Shown piece by piece: positions 62,525 to 64,000 of a stretch of DNA of 64,000 nucleotides; within the stretch, counting starts at the first letter, position 1; each line of letters opens with the position of its first letter. The DNA is from Scyliorhinus canicula (Eukaryota), in NCBI RefSeq assembly GCF_902713615.1, contig NC_052175.1, positions 7,581,941 to 7,645,940 on the forward strand, read 5' to 3'. The notes under the pieces were generated by a model, which was not told the origin of the DNA, searched no databases, and saw nothing but the letters and a program-made list of their open reading frames with translations. The position numbers and the translations under genes were made by a program.

Positions 62525-63468
62525 AAATCCAAACTCCAAAGATGTGCAAGTTAGGTGGATTGGCCATGATAAATTGCCCTTAGTGTCCAAAATTGCCCTT
62601 AGTGTTGGGTGGGGTTACTGGGTTATGGAGATAGGGTGGAGGTGTTAACCTTGGGTAGTGTGCTCTTTCCAGGAGCTGGTGCAGACTCGATGGGCAGCAT
62701 TGTGGATAGCACAATCGCTTCACAGCTCCAGGGTCCCAGGTTCGATTCCGGCTTGGGTCACTGTCTGTGCGGAGTCTGCACATCCTCCCCGTGTGTACGT
62801 GGGTTTCCTCCGGGCGCTCCGGTTTCCTCCCACAGTCCAAAGATGTGCTGCTTAGGTGGATTGGCCGTGATAAATTGCCCTTAGTGTCCAAAATTGCCCT
62901 TAGTGTTGTGTGGGGTTACTGGGTTATGGGGATAGGGTGGAGGTAGGGTGCTCTTTCCAGGAGCCGGTGCAGACTCGATGGGCCGAATGGCCTCCTTCTG
63001 CTCTGTAAATTCTATAAATATCCTTTTCCTGTTCCTTCCACTTTTAAAAGTGTCCTTGATTGATAAGATACACAATTAACTTAAACTGTGACAGAAAAGA
63101 ATGAAAACATATTTCTACAGGATTGCAATCTTATTGCAATCGGTAGCATTGTGGATAGCACAATCGCTTCACAGCTCCAGGGTCCCAGGTTCGATTCCGG
63201 CTTGGGTCACTGTCTGTGCGGAGTCTGCACATCCTCCCCGTGTGTGCGTGGGTTTCCTCCGGGTGCTCCGGTTTCCTCCCACAGTCCAAAGATGTGCAGG
63301 TTAGGTGGATTGGCCGTGATAAATTGCCCTTAGTGTCCAAAATTGCCCTTAGTGTTGTGTGGGGTTACTGGGTTATGGGGATAGGGTGGAGGTAGGGTGC
63401 TCTTTCCAGGAGCCGTTGCAGACTCGATGGGCAGAATGGCCTCCTTCTGCACTGTGAATTCTATCTAT
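62525..63468 (+). repeat. Cluster of V-SINE subfamily B copies (one half plus two near-full)
   Basis: 62525-62691 (3' half), 62692-63015 and 63143-63468. Confidence 0.88.
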
Positions 63469-64000
63469 GTAAAATATTTCCGAGTGTCAAAGTGTTCTTA
63501 TAGTGGGGCCAGTTCTGTTACGCGTAGAGAGACTTGAAGAAGTGTTGAGCTCGCATTCTGCGTTGCCCATTAGTTATGGAATGTGAGCATTCAGATCGGA
63601 ACACAATTTGAGATGGCAGAGTCTTGGAACGTTCGGGCCTCGAGGCCGTTCTACAGTGGGGGGCAAAGCATACGAACTTGTCTGCAAGACGTACTATCCC
63701 TGAAGTATAACATCATCTCTCAATTTCGGTTACCATCTGAGAATAATGTGCATTATACGCCAATCGACCTTTATGATTCTGTGATAGAAAAATAAAGTAA
63801 TCCGTTATCATGGGCCATACACTCATCATGGGGACAGAAGGAGAATACTCAACCCTGATACCCTGATCCTGCGTCGTAACTTCACTTTATTTGCCGAATG
63901 TGTTGTTCTTTTAGCTGAACAACAACAACAACAATCAATGTTTTCGATCATGACAAGTACGGATCTGTATATTCCTTATAACGGCATAGTAGAATCATAG

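Noticed and set aside
1586-63333. Recurrent about 60-aa ORF (MVVSINASQLQGPRFDSRLGHCLCGVCTSSPCVRGFPPGAPVSSHSPK...) that looks like a small Cys-rich gene family or array
   Set aside because: It is a chance reading frame through the V-SINE body. Every copy coincides with a SINE, and copies are dispersed on both strands with no spacer structure, so this is neither a gene family nor CRISPR.
63583-63795. ORF ending with ITIM-like VHYTPI and LYDSV
   Set aside because: No convincing splice acceptor, and it lies beyond the receptor's stop and polyA signal. It may merit a look only if a downstream gene exists.

Overview
Eukaryotic genomic DNA, most likely from a shark, judged from HE1/V-SINE-like SINEs, CR1 LINEs and Penelope elements (a catshark is my inference). 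Most of the window is nested retroelements. The ORF track is mostly repeat-derived noise and misses the spliced genes. Reading splice sites by hand gives two immune-receptor genes on the + strand. (1) The 3' part of an LRC-type (LILR/KIR/OSCAR-like) Ig receptor: a 300-nt C2-type Ig exon (2726-3025) and a transmembrane exon with an Arg (11271-11362). (2) A complete, phase-consistent 8-exon non-rearranging V(J)-C1-TM-cytoplasmic receptor (33125-60956, 342 aa) with an antigen-receptor-like C1 domain, no RSS and a YASL tyrosine motif, resembling PRARP/VJC1-type genes. A repeat-poor island at about 16.4-21.6 kb may hold an unassigned small gene. Mobile elements include a CR1 with an intact 1002-aa ORF2, a Gmr1-type Gypsy element (integrase upstream of RT), solo LTRs, a Rex1/Babar LINE, Penelope elements with hammerhead-like cores and about 20 SINE copies. 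Exon joins are predictions from sequence only. Repeat boundaries are approximate unless a TSD is given.
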